Part shown: in pieces, positions 29,132 to 39,240 of the stretch
Layout of the letters: each line of letters begins with the position of its first letter
Position numbering within the stretch: position 1 is the stretch's first letter
DNA from: an uncultured delta proteobacterium
GTDB taxonomy: Bacteria > Desulfobacterota > BSN033 > UBA1163
Reading direction: 5' to 3'
Assembly (NCBI GenBank): GCA_963827685.1
Contig: CAWHBU010000002.1
Span: 64,001-128,000 of the forward strand
Length of the DNA: 64,000 nt
The notes under the pieces: generated by a model
Told to the model about the DNA's origin: nothing
The model's database searches: none
Seen by the model: the letters and a program-made list of their open reading frames with translations, nothing else
Program-made: the position numbers and the translations under genes

Positions 29132-30094
29132 TCAAGCCAGGCTGCAGCACATCTCAACGAATTTTGTTTTGAGACCTATTTCTTTTGCGTAGTCGATTGT
29201 CCCTTGCAAAGGATGGGCGATGGTGTTGACTCCGGAGTCGATAAATCCCTTTTCCATCTCTGCCTTCCAAGGGTGGGCCGGACGGATACAACCCATTCGA
29301 AGCGGAATGTCGGGATTGAGAATACGAGCAATGGCAGAAACCTTTGATGTTTCTTCCGGTTTCGGAACTTTGAAATGATTTTTCTCGGAGGCATTCAAGG
29401 TTTTGAAAATGACCAAAACAATCGTTTCCACACCGACCCGTGTGACCATCTCCAAGGCTCTCCATTCTCCTCTCAACTCTCCAAAGTGATGTCCGATGAT
29501 AATATGGGGAGCAAGGCGATGCCCCATCTCCTTTAACGTCCACAGCGCCTCTTCATAATCTTCCACCCTTTTGTTCAAATGGTAAACTTCGCGAATGGTG
29601 TTGTCATCTCCGATGACATCAATGAGAATTTGATCAACTCCTGCCTCCTTGAGTTCTTCAGCTGTTTCCCTCCCGATGAGGCCGGTATGGGCGATGACCT
29701 TAAATTCAGGGGCCCTTTCCTTAAGCTCTCTGATTGACGGAATGAATTTCTTTAAAGGGACCTCACCATTTTGATCTGCACCACCGCTTACCAAGATCCC
29801 ATGAGCACCATCGAGTCGGAGCCGTTCAGCGACTTGGAGAAATGTTTCAGGATTTTCTGCGGGGATCATCGATTCAAGAAGTTTCCCTTTGCAGTGTCCG
29901 CATCGAAGATCACAATGACTTCCCGTCACACTGATCGCTGCAAAGCGGTTCTTTTGGAGGGGAAGCGTGTTGTCATGGTAGGAAACAGTACCAGGAAAGG
30001 AGAAGGTGAGTTCGTTCCCAAAATGGCTCTTTCGAATGCGAAAGGCTTCGGACTGGAGGTCATTTAAGGGGAGCTGTATTAAATGATCAATCAT
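29132..30094 (-). CDS. lipS1: Radical SAM lipoyl synthase subunit, LipS1-type
   Basis: CDLRCGHC, MGCIRP and C-terminal MCC; in an operon with a lipoate ligase. Confidence 0.75.
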   Translation of the reverse strand: MIDHLIQLPLNDLQSEAFRIRKSHFGNELTFSFPGTVSYHDNTLPLQKNRFAAISVTGSHCDLRCGHCKGKLLESMIPAENPETFLQVAERLRLDGAHGILVSGGADQNGEVPLKKFIPSIRELKERAPEFKVIAHTGLIGRETAEELKEAGVDQILIDVIGDDNTIREVYHLNKRVEDYEEALWTLKEMGHRLAPHIIIGHHFGELRGEWRALEMVTRVGVETIVLVIFKTLNASEKNHFKVPKPEETSKVSAIARILNPDIPLRMGCIRPAHPWKAEMEKGFIDSGVNTIAHPLQGTIDYAKEIGLKTKFVEMCCSLA

Positions 30095-30100
30095 TGTTTT

Positions 30101-30160
30101 AATTGAGGCATTAAGGAATTGAGGAATTGCGAATTCCTAAATCCCTAAATCCCTAAATTT
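30101..30160. repeat. 8-bp-periodic hairpin containing the lipS2 stop
   Basis: AATTGAGG CATTAAGG AATTGAGG ... ATTCCTAA ATCCCTAA ATCCCTAA. Confidence 0.7.
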
Positions 30161-31175
30161 CCAATTGTCTCCTAATCTCTTCTATGTCTTCAGCTTCTGG
30201 CAAGAATGGGAAATTCCGGATGGGACCTGCGGGTCGCTCGTTGCCATAAGGACGGTTACAGGCTACTTTCCCATCTCTACCAGGACATCCAGATGTCATA
30301 AAGGGTTCCCCGATCTGGATGAGAGAATTGATATCCATCCCGAAATCGATCAATCTTCCGTCCTCATCAAACTTCATTTGTTCGGCTGATGCCAGACCCT
30401 CATTAATGATCCAGCGGGCAAGCTGAATTCTTCGGTATTGGTTAAGGGGAGGAGGGGAATGCCCTTCCATAGGACTTCCCTTTTCAGGAAAGAAGGAGAA
30501 GAGATGGGTGAGGGCTCCCATGTTCTGTCCTCTCTGAATTGCTGCCACCATTTCTTTCTCTGTCTCGCCCAGACCGACAATGAGATGGATCCCCACTTGA
30601 AATCTTCCAAAAACATTTACAGCCATTCGGACAACATCCCAATAATGATCCCATTGATGAGGACCTCCCACCCCTTTCCCCCTCAGTTGATCGAAAAGTT
30701 CGGGCGTGGCGGCATCGATGGCAATTCCGACTCGATCTGTACCGGCCTTTTTCATCGCCATGAGAGATTCTTCGCGATGAATCAATGTCGGAGAGATGAG
30801 AGCACTGATAGAGAGATCGGTCTTCTCTTTCAATCTTTGAATAACATGGACGGAGTCTTCCAAAGCCTTCGGATGGGTGATCATCGAGATGCAGACCCGG
30901 TGGATTTGGTCCTTGCCCTTTGCCCTCTCGATAATTTCTTCTAAGGGATAGAGGGGCCAGTCCACTCTGATGAAGGTTTTTCCTCTCGGACCTTCTCGCC
31001 TCGATTTCGAAAGTCCGCAGAAATGGCATTTCCCTGAGCAGCCTTCTTCATAGTGGAGAAGAAGGTTCAATCCCTTAAGCTTCGCATTCCGGTGAAAAGA
31101 TCCTGACTGGAAACCCAATGTCAAGGAAGCTGCCAGACTGGTCTGGACATATCGGGGGCTTATTCTCTGCTCCAT
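30153..31175 (-). CDS. lipS2: Radical SAM lipoyl synthase subunit, LipS2-type
   Basis: CSGKCHFC and TSGCPG..ACNRP. Confidence 0.75.
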   Translation of the reverse strand: MEQRISPRYVQTSLAASLTLGFQSGSFHRNAKLKGLNLLLHYEEGCSGKCHFCGLSKSRREGPRGKTFIRVDWPLYPLEEIIERAKGKDQIHRVCISMITHPKALEDSVHVIQRLKEKTDLSISALISPTLIHREESLMAMKKAGTDRVGIAIDAATPELFDQLRGKGVGGPHQWDHYWDVVRMAVNVFGRFQVGIHLIVGLGETEKEMVAAIQRGQNMGALTHLFSFFPEKGSPMEGHSPPPLNQYRRIQLARWIINEGLASAEQMKFDEDGRLIDFGMDINSLIQIGEPFMTSGCPGRDGKVACNRPYGNERPAGPIRNFPFLPEAEDIEEIRRQLEI

Positions 31176-31178
31176 GAT

Positions 31179-32255
31179 TCACTCTTTCTTTCTGTCCCGA
31201 TAATACTCTTTGAACCCGACCCATGTTTTTCGGATTAATCCTTCAAAACTAACCTCGGGTTTATTCCAATTCTCTTCAAGGAATTCTCTTTTTGCAGCGC
31301 CATAGGAAAGGGACTTCCCAAATGCCTCTTGCCATTCGATTTCATAATTTTCCAAATATCGAAGATCTCCCCTCTCAACCGCTTCTGCAGCAATCCTTCC
31401 CGCGATCTCGCCGCCCATGACCGCGTTAAAAATTCCTGCCCCTGTGATGGGATGAGCATGCCCTGCTGCATCACCCGCTAGCAGGATGTTTTCGAAAACA
31501 GTTTTCCGAGGCTTTTCACAAGGGATGGAGCCGCCGGTTCTTGCTACGATCTCGATGTCCGGCAGTCTTTTTGATCCGGCAAGATGATCGAGAAAGTGAT
31601 CCATTAGTTTTAAGAGGAGAGTCGTTTTTTTGGGAATGATACCCACGCCCACATTGGCTGTCCTCTCTTTTGGGAAAAACCAGGCATATCCTCCTTCGTA
31701 ATCTTTGTGAAAAAAAACATCCACATGATTCTGACATTCTGGCATGGCGACTTCATATTGAAGAGCCACGAGGGTCTTCAAAGGAGGTTGTCCAAGACAA
31801 CGGGCTATGGATGATTGAACACCATCAGCACCAATAAGTACCTTTGATTGGATAACTCCCTTCTTGGAACCCTGCTCCACAACAAGCCCCTCGGGGGAAA
31901 GCCCCAGCGCTCTTGTTTCGATGGAAATCTTTGCCCCTGATAAAATAGCTGAGGCTACCAAGTCTTTGTCGAAGAGGGATCGGTCCAGCATATACCCTGG
32001 ACTTTCCATCTCACAGGATGTTCCATCAGGGAGATGGGTGACCATCAAATCAATTGTCTGAAGGACACACTTCGCGGAGAAGTGAGCATACCGAGAGATC
32101 CACTGGGGTACAAACTCTGCACACTGGACTGGGACGCCAATGCGCTGCTTTCGATCGATCAAAAGGACTTTTCTTCCTCTTTGAGCGGCAGCCCGAGCAG
32201 CACTCGAACCGGCAGGACCGGCTCCGATGATGACAATATCATAGGCTTCGGTCAT
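31179..32255 (-). CDS. Geranylgeranyl-reductase-like FAD protein (LipT-type)
   Basis: GAGPAG, CAE, GADG, GGYAWFFP, GDAAG..HPITGAGI; likely start MTEAYD. Confidence 0.82.
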   Translation of the reverse strand: MTEAYDIVIIGAGPAGSSAARAAAQRGRKVLLIDRKQRIGVPVQCAEFVPQWISRYAHFSAKCVLQTIDLMVTHLPDGTSCEMESPGYMLDRSLFDKDLVASAILSGAKISIETRALGLSPEGLVVEQGSKKGVIQSKVLIGADGVQSSIARCLGQPPLKTLVALQYEVAMPECQNHVDVFFHKDYEGGYAWFFPKERTANVGVGIIPKKTTLLLKLMDHFLDHLAGSKRLPDIEIVARTGGSIPCEKPRKTVFENILLAGDAAGHAHPITGAGIFNAVMGGEIAGRIAAEAVERGDLRYLENYEIEWQEAFGKSLSYGAAKREFLEENWNKPEVSFEGLIRKTWVGFKEYYRDRKKE

Positions 32256-33804
32256 GAGAGTACTCAAGTGCCCTCTTAAGAAGAGGAAGATTGAGATGGG
32301 TTTGATTCTCAAACCGCCCTTTAAGTGCCTCTCTTTCTTGTCCCAAATCGTAACAGGTACTTCTCTCTACGTTGACAAGGATTCCAGGCAGGCCAACCCT
32401 TTCGAAGTCTGGCCGATGTTTCCCATAAAAAGGCTCACAGCACGAGCCGATAAATCCCCGGACACCCGAATGTTTTAGTTTGTAGAGGGTCGATTCAAGA
32501 TCTTCATAGTTCTGGATGGTGACGGAATCCATCCCAAAGGATCTTGCCATCTGCGCCGCATCACCCACTGTGCATCGGCCACACTCTTCACAGCCGCTCT
32601 GGTTCCGATAGAAGCATTCGAGCTCTTTTGCGCAATAGGGAAGGAGAAGGACTTCTGGCTTTCTCACCTCCTTAAACGGCTTCAAAATGGGGAAGAGGTG
32701 GTGGGTCTCTTCTTCACTGAATCCCTCCGGGAGAAGGTCCATCTTTTGAAGAGCCTCCTCGACAGCCTGAATGACATGACCTTCTCTAACACCTGGAATT
32801 TGAGGTTTTTTATCTGCGAAGAAAGACCCGATAATTTCCCTAATTTGAGAAGGGGAGGCTTTTGAATTTTTGAGGAGGCTTTCAAGGTCAAAAATCGCCC
32901 TTTTGGGATAAGCAAAGAAATCACCAGTGATCAGAATTTGATTGATCACCTGGGTCTTACTATCCATGGCAATAGAGATTCGAATCAACCCACCCGGGGC
33001 CTTCACGATAGAGCCTAATGTTTTTCTCCTTGGCAAGGAATCCCTGATTTTGAAAATATAATCCGGTGAAGAGAAGTGAGATAGTTTCGTCATTAACAAA
33101 TTTTGTTCTTCGATTGTCAGTGGTTTATTTTCAAACCTTACCCCAAAAGTCTCCTCAAAACCCTTGGTCAAGGAAGCTTTGATTGTCTGAATCAATGGGG
33201 TTCGGCCCAATTCCCATTTTAAGCAGGTCACTCTTTCTTTGACGGATTCAATTTCTTTATCTTGGAGTTTTTCGGTGGGGATTCTGAGTGCCCTCAACAT
33301 CTCGTCAACATCGAAATCAACTAAAACAGTTCCTTGGAATAGGATTGCACCAGAAAGTTCTGTACCCCCCGTCCCTGAAATCTTACGACCCTGGATTTCT
33401 ATATCGTTTCTTGGCCGAAAATAAGCACGAATTCCAAGATGGCGTAGACCTTGCGACGCTGCTTTCCCCATCCTTCTATAAAGATCCTCAATTCTTTTGG
33501 GAATCCGAGGATCTTTTTTGGAGATATAGATCTCCCAGCCTAATTCTTTTCTTCCCCAATAGAGCGCGCCTCCACCAGTGAGTCTGCGGTTTATTTCGAT
33601 CCCCTGGGTCCGACAGTAGTCGAGCCTTACTTCCTCCTCTACAGATTGATGATGCCCGACCAGAACAGTTGGGTTTGAGAACTGAAGGAATCGGAGGGTA
33701 TGTGGAATTCTTTCCTCGGACTTTAGTCCAAGGAGGGCCTCATCAATCGCCATATTCTCAGCCGCCGAACGAGCGCCTGTGTCCAAGAGTCTCCAGGTTT
33801 CCAT
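32239..33804 (-). CDS. Lipoate-protein ligase fused to a Cys-rich DUF116-like domain
   Basis: NMAIDEA, RRLTGGGA, NDIEIQGRKISG, ITGDFF; C-terminal LLPYC..CEECGRC..SCC. Confidence 0.85.
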   Translation of the reverse strand: METWRLLDTGARSAAENMAIDEALLGLKSEERIPHTLRFLQFSNPTVLVGHHQSVEEEVRLDYCRTQGIEINRRLTGGGALYWGRKELGWEIYISKKDPRIPKRIEDLYRRMGKAASQGLRHLGIRAYFRPRNDIEIQGRKISGTGGTELSGAILFQGTVLVDFDVDEMLRALRIPTEKLQDKEIESVKERVTCLKWELGRTPLIQTIKASLTKGFEETFGVRFENKPLTIEEQNLLMTKLSHFSSPDYIFKIRDSLPRRKTLGSIVKAPGGLIRISIAMDSKTQVINQILITGDFFAYPKRAIFDLESLLKNSKASPSQIREIIGSFFADKKPQIPGVREGHVIQAVEEALQKMDLLPEGFSEEETHHLFPILKPFKEVRKPEVLLLPYCAKELECFYRNQSGCEECGRCTVGDAAQMARSFGMDSVTIQNYEDLESTLYKLKHSGVRGFIGSCCEPFYGKHRPDFERVGLPGILVNVERSTCYDLGQEREALKGRFENQTHLNLPLLKRALEYSHDRSL

Positions 33805-33948
33805 TCTGCTATTCTTATAACCAATTTCCCTTTGGCCTTCAATGATATAATATGGCTTTTTGATTCTTAAAATGCTAAATTTGAAACAATTCATTTGGAA
33901 TGGGTGTCTGTCTCTAAGTTTTGGGATACTCTGATAAGAGGAGGGGGC

Positions 33949-34413
33949 ATGAAGAAGAAAGACGATGCAAAATTCCTATCGGAAAAGGCGAAAGGTTATT
34001 TTAACCAGGGGTTTAACTGAGCAGAATCAATCTCCTTGAGTTTCAAGGATTATCTTGGGATTCAGGATTCCGTGATTCCCAAATTGGCAACCGGATTTGG
34101 TGGAGGGATTGGGCGAAAGGGGTCGCTCTGTGGAGCCTTCACTGGATCGATCATGGCCATTGGGATGAAGATGGGGAGAGTTGATCCTAAGGATCGGGAG
34201 GCGCTACAAAAAGTTTATGATAAGTGCCAAGGGTTCTGGATCCAATTTGAGAAGGAGTTTGGGAATGTAAATTGTTATTCTTTAATAGGTTATCACTTGG
34301 ATAATCCGGAGGAGAGTAAGCAATGGTTAGCCACGGGTGGCAGAGAAAAGTGCGCCGAAATCGTCGAAAAGACCGCCCGAATGCTCTGCGATTCTCTTGC
34401 CGACATTAAATGA
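33949..34413 (+). CDS. C-GCAxxG-C-C family selenoprotein (Sec24)
   Basis: GAGGAGG RBS and ATG 33949. In-frame TGA at 34018 falls in GFN-U-AES, then GFGGGIG..LCGAFTG. Confidence 0.85.
34029..34051 (+). promoter_or_regulatory. Bacterial SECIS-like hairpin
   Basis: TCCTTGA-GTT-TCAAGGA; the loop begins 19 nt after the UGA with GT. Confidence 0.7.
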
Positions 34414-34567
34414 AGCTATTGATTTTTTATAGAAATTAAGATAGGTTATTCCATCGTTTTTTAGGTATGAAGGGAATGAAATTGCTCTGGATAGGGTGTA
34501 AAAATATAAGAAGTGAATATTGTTTCGGACCTCTCCATTCATAATTTAATAAAATCGAATGGACGAG

Positions 34568-34595
34568 AGGCCATGGGCAGTACTCATGGCCTTTT
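34568..34595 (+). terminator. Intrinsic terminator-like hairpin
   Basis: AGGCCATGGG-CAGTA-CTCATGGCCT followed by Ts. Confidence 0.5.
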
Positions 34596-34767
34596 CATTG
34601 GTTAAAGGTTTGAGGTTATAGGTCGAAGGTATAAATATAGCGTGCCGGTAATAACCGGAAAGAAATGGTTTTTGATTCGCCCCCCTGCTACCCTGCCTAC
34701 CTTCAGGCAGGCGCAGGCAGGCATTGAATGAGGGTGCTACAATGTTCAAAATATATGGAGGAGATAT

Positions 34768-35766
34768 TTGATGGATCGTATTTTCAGCGGGATTCAGCCC
34801 TCGGGTGAAATTCATATTGGGAATTATGTGGGTGCCATCCGTAATTGGGCTCAATTAGTCAATCGCTATGACTGTATCTATTGTGTCGTGGACTATCATG
34901 CCATCACGATCGAATACGAAGTGGCATTATTGCAGAACAGAATCTTGGAAACGGCGACCATCCTCGTTGCTTGCGGTTTAACCCCTGATCGATGCAAGCT
35001 TTTCGTCCAATCCCATGTGCCTGAACATACGGAACTGGCGTGGATCTTCAACTGCGTCATGCCTGTGGGTGAATTGGAAAGGATGACCCAATTTAAAGAA
35101 AAAGGAAGACAGCATCGGCACAATGTCAATGTGGGACTGCTGGACTATCCGGTGCTACAGGCTGCAGATATTCTTATCTATAAGGCTGGGTATGTGCCGG
35201 TTGGAGAGGATCAAGTACAGCACGTAGAATTTTCAAGAGAGATTGCCAGAAAGTTCAATGCCCGTTTCGGAGATACCTTCCCAGAACCGAAAGTTGTTCT
35301 TTCCGATGCCCCGCGAATTCTGGGAACGGATGGAGGTGCCAAAATGTCCAAATCGTTGAATAACTCTATCGGGCTCTTGGATCCTCCAGAAATGATCTGG
35401 GAAAAGTTAAGAACCGCTGCAACTTGTGAACATAGACAGCGCCGAAGCGATCCAGGGCATCCAGAGCACTGCAATATCTTTACCATGCACCAGGCTTTTT
35501 CAAAGCCAGATCAGATTGCCTTTGTCGATCATCATTGTCGGACAGCTGGGATCGGATGTATCGAGTGCAAAGAGATCCTTTTTAAGAATATGATAGAGGA
35601 GATCGGCCCGATCCAGAGCCGTGTCAAAGAAATCAATCAAAACCCTCAATATATGATTGATGTATTGAAGTCGGGCGCAGCCCGATGCAAGGCCATTGCT
35701 GAAGAGGTGATGGACGAAGTGAGAGAAAAAATTGGTGTCAAATCAGGGTGGATGAGTCGAAGATGA
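34768..35766 (+). CDS. trpS: Tryptophanyl-tRNA synthetase
   Basis: SGIQPSGEIHIGNY, YPVLQAADIL, VPVGEDQ, KMSKS. Confidence 0.96.
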   Translation: MMDRIFSGIQPSGEIHIGNYVGAIRNWAQLVNRYDCIYCVVDYHAITIEYEVALLQNRILETATILVACGLTPDRCKLFVQSHVPEHTELAWIFNCVMPVGELERMTQFKEKGRQHRHNVNVGLLDYPVLQAADILIYKAGYVPVGEDQVQHVEFSREIARKFNARFGDTFPEPKVVLSDAPRILGTDGGAKMSKSLNNSIGLLDPPEMIWEKLRTAATCEHRQRRSDPGHPEHCNIFTMHQAFSKPDQIAFVDHHCRTAGIGCIECKEILFKNMIEEIGPIQSRVKEINQNPQYMIDVLKSGAARCKAIAEEVMDEVREKIGVKSGWMSRR

Positions 35767-35769
35767 AAG

Positions 35770-36987
35770 TCATTCTTTTGAATGAGGAAGCTTGACGGTA
35801 ATTTCTTTTTTCCCACCTTGCCGGATGATCGTAAAGGTGATGTCGTTTCCCCAGCCTTTTTCCGAAAGGGCATGGTGAATTTCTTTTACTTCCTTAATTT
35901 CTATTCCCTCCGCGGCAATCAACTGATCCCCAGGGAGAAGGCCAGCCTTTTCAGCCGGGCTTCTTGAAAGCACTCTTTCAATCCATAATCCTTTTTGATC
36001 TTCCTTATTTTGTTTTAGGATAACACCAATTCTTGGTTCCTTTTTCTCAGGAGGATTTGGCTTTGTGATCCAGAGGAAATCAGCCAAAGGTGAAGAAGTT
36101 CCGGTAAAAGTGAAATCTTTGTCCAATTCTTTTGTCCATGCCTTTAAAACGATCGTTTTAAAAGAAACGGGTATCCTGCGATAAAGACGGTTTGGTATCC
36201 CAAAATCGAAGACGACGTGCCCACTGCCGGCAAATACGAATACGGTCTTTCTTTCTGCCCGGGAAGATTTGAGAAATTCAGAAAGAGACTCTGCCATGCC
36301 TTCATCCCAGAGGCATTGAGCCTCATAAAAGTATTCAAAATCTTTTGCCGAGCCTTTCTCATGACCTTTGTAAATGGAGGCGATATAGGCGCGATGTTGT
36401 TGATTCGTTAAGTCCAGTTCCGGAAGCTTCTTTCTATCTTCTGGAGAGAGCTTCAAAATCCCATTCTCGGCCACCTCCTTCACCAAATCCCTTGAAACGT
36501 TAAGACCGAGAATCTTGAGGTGGCGGCTTCTTGCTTCGTCGAGAATACCCTGATAAAGCTCATAATCCATGCCCCAAGTGGTGTCCCATTGGACTTCTTT
36601 TAGAAATTCTTCTTCGGTCAGAAGTCCTTGGCTCCAACGATCCAATATGGGTTGTTGAGACTTCTCAAACATCTCCATGCCTATCACAACATCCTTCCCT
36701 TTCGTTACAAGATCTTGGATCATTCTCACTTGAATCTGATGATGTTCGATTTGGTCATGGGATTCCCCTGCAAAAATGACCCTTGCCGTATTGAGATCAT
36801 TTAAAAGCTGTGTGAAGTTGATGGGGTCTCCTTCAGGAAGTCTGAGAATCTCCTCCGTTCCAACTGGAGTTTTAGTCATGGATATTTTTGAGACCCAGGA
36901 AGGGAGAGGTGTCTTCCCTACGCAACCGGGAAAGAAAACCCCACAAACCAGAATGAGCAACATCGGTAAGAAGTGCATTTTCATCAA
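35770..36987 (-). CDS. ChaN/EreA-like lipoprotein with C-terminal PDZ
   Basis: Lipobox-like FPGC, GESHD, GMEMF, AGSGH, SPAEKAGLLPGD. Confidence 0.8.
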   Translation of the reverse strand: MMKMHFLPMLLILVCGVFFPGCVGKTPLPSWVSKISMTKTPVGTEEILRLPEGDPINFTQLLNDLNTARVIFAGESHDQIEHHQIQVRMIQDLVTKGKDVVIGMEMFEKSQQPILDRWSQGLLTEEEFLKEVQWDTTWGMDYELYQGILDEARSRHLKILGLNVSRDLVKEVAENGILKLSPEDRKKLPELDLTNQQHRAYIASIYKGHEKGSAKDFEYFYEAQCLWDEGMAESLSEFLKSSRAERKTVFVFAGSGHVVFDFGIPNRLYRRIPVSFKTIVLKAWTKELDKDFTFTGTSSPLADFLWITKPNPPEKKEPRIGVILKQNKEDQKGLWIERVLSRSPAEKAGLLPGDQLIAAEGIEIKEVKEIHHALSEKGWGNDITFTIIRQGGKKEITVKLPHSKE

Positions 36988-37178
36988 ATGGAGTATACCA
37001 TTCCATTTTCAAGAATTGAATGGATTTATTTGCCTTCTTGTAGAGATCATAAGAAAATGTTAATATGTTAATTACTTAAGCTTAAAAGATAGCATAAGGA
37101 ATTCTTAATGTCGGATCTTGCCTATTACCCATAGGCAAGCCTGCCTACCACGAACCGGTTCAAGACACGGATTGAGAA

Positions 37179-38597
37179 ATGTTAGTAAGGGGATCTCAGA
37201 GAAAAATTCTATTTTATATTACCCTACTTCTCGTCTCCTTCTTCGTCTTTGGAAGTTTCATAAGAGGGGCTTATGCCATGACGACGGAAGAAGAGAAGAA
37301 ATTGGGGAAAAAGGTCCTCCTCGAAATTGAGAGAGAGGCCGATTTCGTGAAAGACCTAAATGTTCAGGCTTTTGTCGAAAGGGTAGGTTCTTCCTTAGTG
37401 GATCAGGTGGGTTCCACTCCTTTCGACTTCAAATTTTATGTGATCAATGAACTGGATCCAAATGCCTTTGCCGTTCCGGGCGGTTATATTTTCATTAACA
37501 CGGGGCTCATTACTTTGGCAGAGAACGAACAGGAGATCGCAGGAGTGCTCGCCCATGAAATCTCCCATGTCACGCAAAGGCATGTCGCCCAGATGATCGA
37601 GAAATCGAAAAGGCTTAGCATTGCGACCCTGGGCGCCATGCTCGCCGGGATGCTTGCGGGCAGAGGTGGGGCAGGCTCGGCAGCGGCTGTGGCGATGGCG
37701 CAGGGCACAGCAGGGGCTCTTACATTGAAATATTCCCGAGAAATCGAGCAGGATGCGGATCAACACGGCTTGAATTTATTGATCAAAGCGGGCTACGACC
37801 CCGATGGGATGATAAACTTTTTTAAGAGACTCCAGAAGGTAAGCTTGGCCATGGCACCGAAGGTCCCTGCTTACCTTCTCAACCATCCAGCCATTGAAAA
37901 CCGAATTTCTCTCTTGGAAAACATTCTCCAGATGGGACCAAAGCCTACAGGGCCTTTCAAAACCTTTGAGAATTTCAACAAGATTCGTACAATGGCCTTT
38001 GTAGAGGAGAGAGAACCTCAGGGAGCCATCACCTATTTTCAGTCTCTGGTCGATGCCGATCCTAATCAATGGGAGGGATACTATGGCTTAGGCCTTGCCT
38101 ATCGGAAGATGGGGAGATTCGATAAGTCGATGGAAGTCCTCCAACAGGCCCACTCCTTGGCCCCTAAGGATCTTGACATTTCCAGAGAACTTGGCATAGT
38201 CTATTTTCTTTCGGGGAGGGTGGATCAGGCCATTGAGAACCTCGAGACCTTACGGTCCACTCCTGGAGAAGGTCAAAACAATGATCTAATGACTCTTTAT
38301 TATCTCGGGAGGGGATATCAGGAAAAAGGAGACTTTGCGAAAGCTCTCCCACTCCTTCTGAAGGTTCAAAAGGAGAAGCCTGAATTCACTGATATCTACC
38401 TCCACCTCGGATCTGTTTACGGAAGAACAGGGCAGAAGGGACTTTCCCACTTCTGCTTTGGGAAATATTTCAAGTTAAGGCGGGAGAGAAACAATGCCCT
38501 CCTTCATTTCAGAACAGCCATTGACTTGTTGGAGAGAGGAAGTCCGGAAAGGGAAGAAGCCCAAAGGGAGATCAAGGAACTCACGTCACCCCCATAG
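37179..38597 (+). CDS. M48 metalloprotease with TPRs (BepA-like)
   Basis: NAFAVPGG, HEISH, SREIEQDAD, NHP and TPR repeats. Confidence 0.88.
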   Translation: MLVRGSQRKILFYITLLLVSFFVFGSFIRGAYAMTTEEEKKLGKKVLLEIEREADFVKDLNVQAFVERVGSSLVDQVGSTPFDFKFYVINELDPNAFAVPGGYIFINTGLITLAENEQEIAGVLAHEISHVTQRHVAQMIEKSKRLSIATLGAMLAGMLAGRGGAGSAAAVAMAQGTAGALTLKYSREIEQDADQHGLNLLIKAGYDPDGMINFFKRLQKVSLAMAPKVPAYLLNHPAIENRISLLENILQMGPKPTGPFKTFENFNKIRTMAFVEEREPQGAITYFQSLVDADPNQWEGYYGLGLAYRKMGRFDKSMEVLQQAHSLAPKDLDISRELGIVYFLSGRVDQAIENLETLRSTPGEGQNNDLMTLYYLGRGYQEKGDFAKALPLLLKVQKEKPEFTDIYLHLGSVYGRTGQKGLSHFCFGKYFKLRRERNNALLHFRTAIDLLERGSPEREEAQREIKELTSPP

Positions 38598-38690
38598 TGG
38601 AATTTTAAGACACGGACAAAAACAATTTTTTTAAGAGGCGAGAGAAATAACAGAGATCAAAGGCGATCATCGGGTAAAGAGAGAGGTAAG

Positions 38691-39209
38691 ATGAAGCCGG
38701 TCGAGTTTTTTTGCAAGGAAATTTTAGAGATGGGGGTGGATGGAGCAAAGGTGATTGATCCTCGTTCTGTCGTCACTGCCGAATGGGTCAGGATGAAGTG
38801 TCAATATGGATGTCCTGGATTTGGGACGAGCCTTTGTTGCCCTCCGCACACCCCACCTCCGGACATCACACGGAAGGTGATCGATTCTTATCAAAAGGCT
38901 ATTTTGCTGCATCGCAGATTACTGAAAGGAGATAAGTCGAAGCCTTTTATCGAGACCATTGTGAATGTCGAAGTTAAGATTTTTCTTGATGGCTACTACA
39001 AAGCTTGGAGCATGGGTTCGGGTCCTTGCCGTCTTTGTAAAGAGTGCGACCTGACCACTTCTTGTAAACATGGTTTTGAAGCAAGACCTTCGATGGAAGC
39101 CTGTGGCATTGATGTCTTCAAGACCGCCAGGGACAACGGATTTCCCATTGAAGTGGTAAAGACTCATGAAGAAGAAAGAAATATCTTTGGATTGATCTTA
39201 GTGGAGTGA
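38691..39209 (+). CDS. DUF2284 metal-binding protein
   Basis: KCQYGC..CCPP, GPCRLCKEC, ARPSMEACGIDV. Confidence 0.85.
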   Translation: MKPVEFFCKEILEMGVDGAKVIDPRSVVTAEWVRMKCQYGCPGFGTSLCCPPHTPPPDITRKVIDSYQKAILLHRRLLKGDKSKPFIETIVNVEVKIFLDGYYKAWSMGSGPCRLCKECDLTTSCKHGFEARPSMEACGIDVFKTARDNGFPIEVVKTHEEERNIFGLILVE

Positions 39210-39240
39210 TCGCGCTGTTCCCCGCGATAAAATTGGATGA

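Noticed and set aside
34420-34767. T-box or attenuator upstream of trpS
   Set aside because: No T-box consensus or Trp-rich leader peptide recognised; only a terminator-like hairpin and a CCTGCC repeat.
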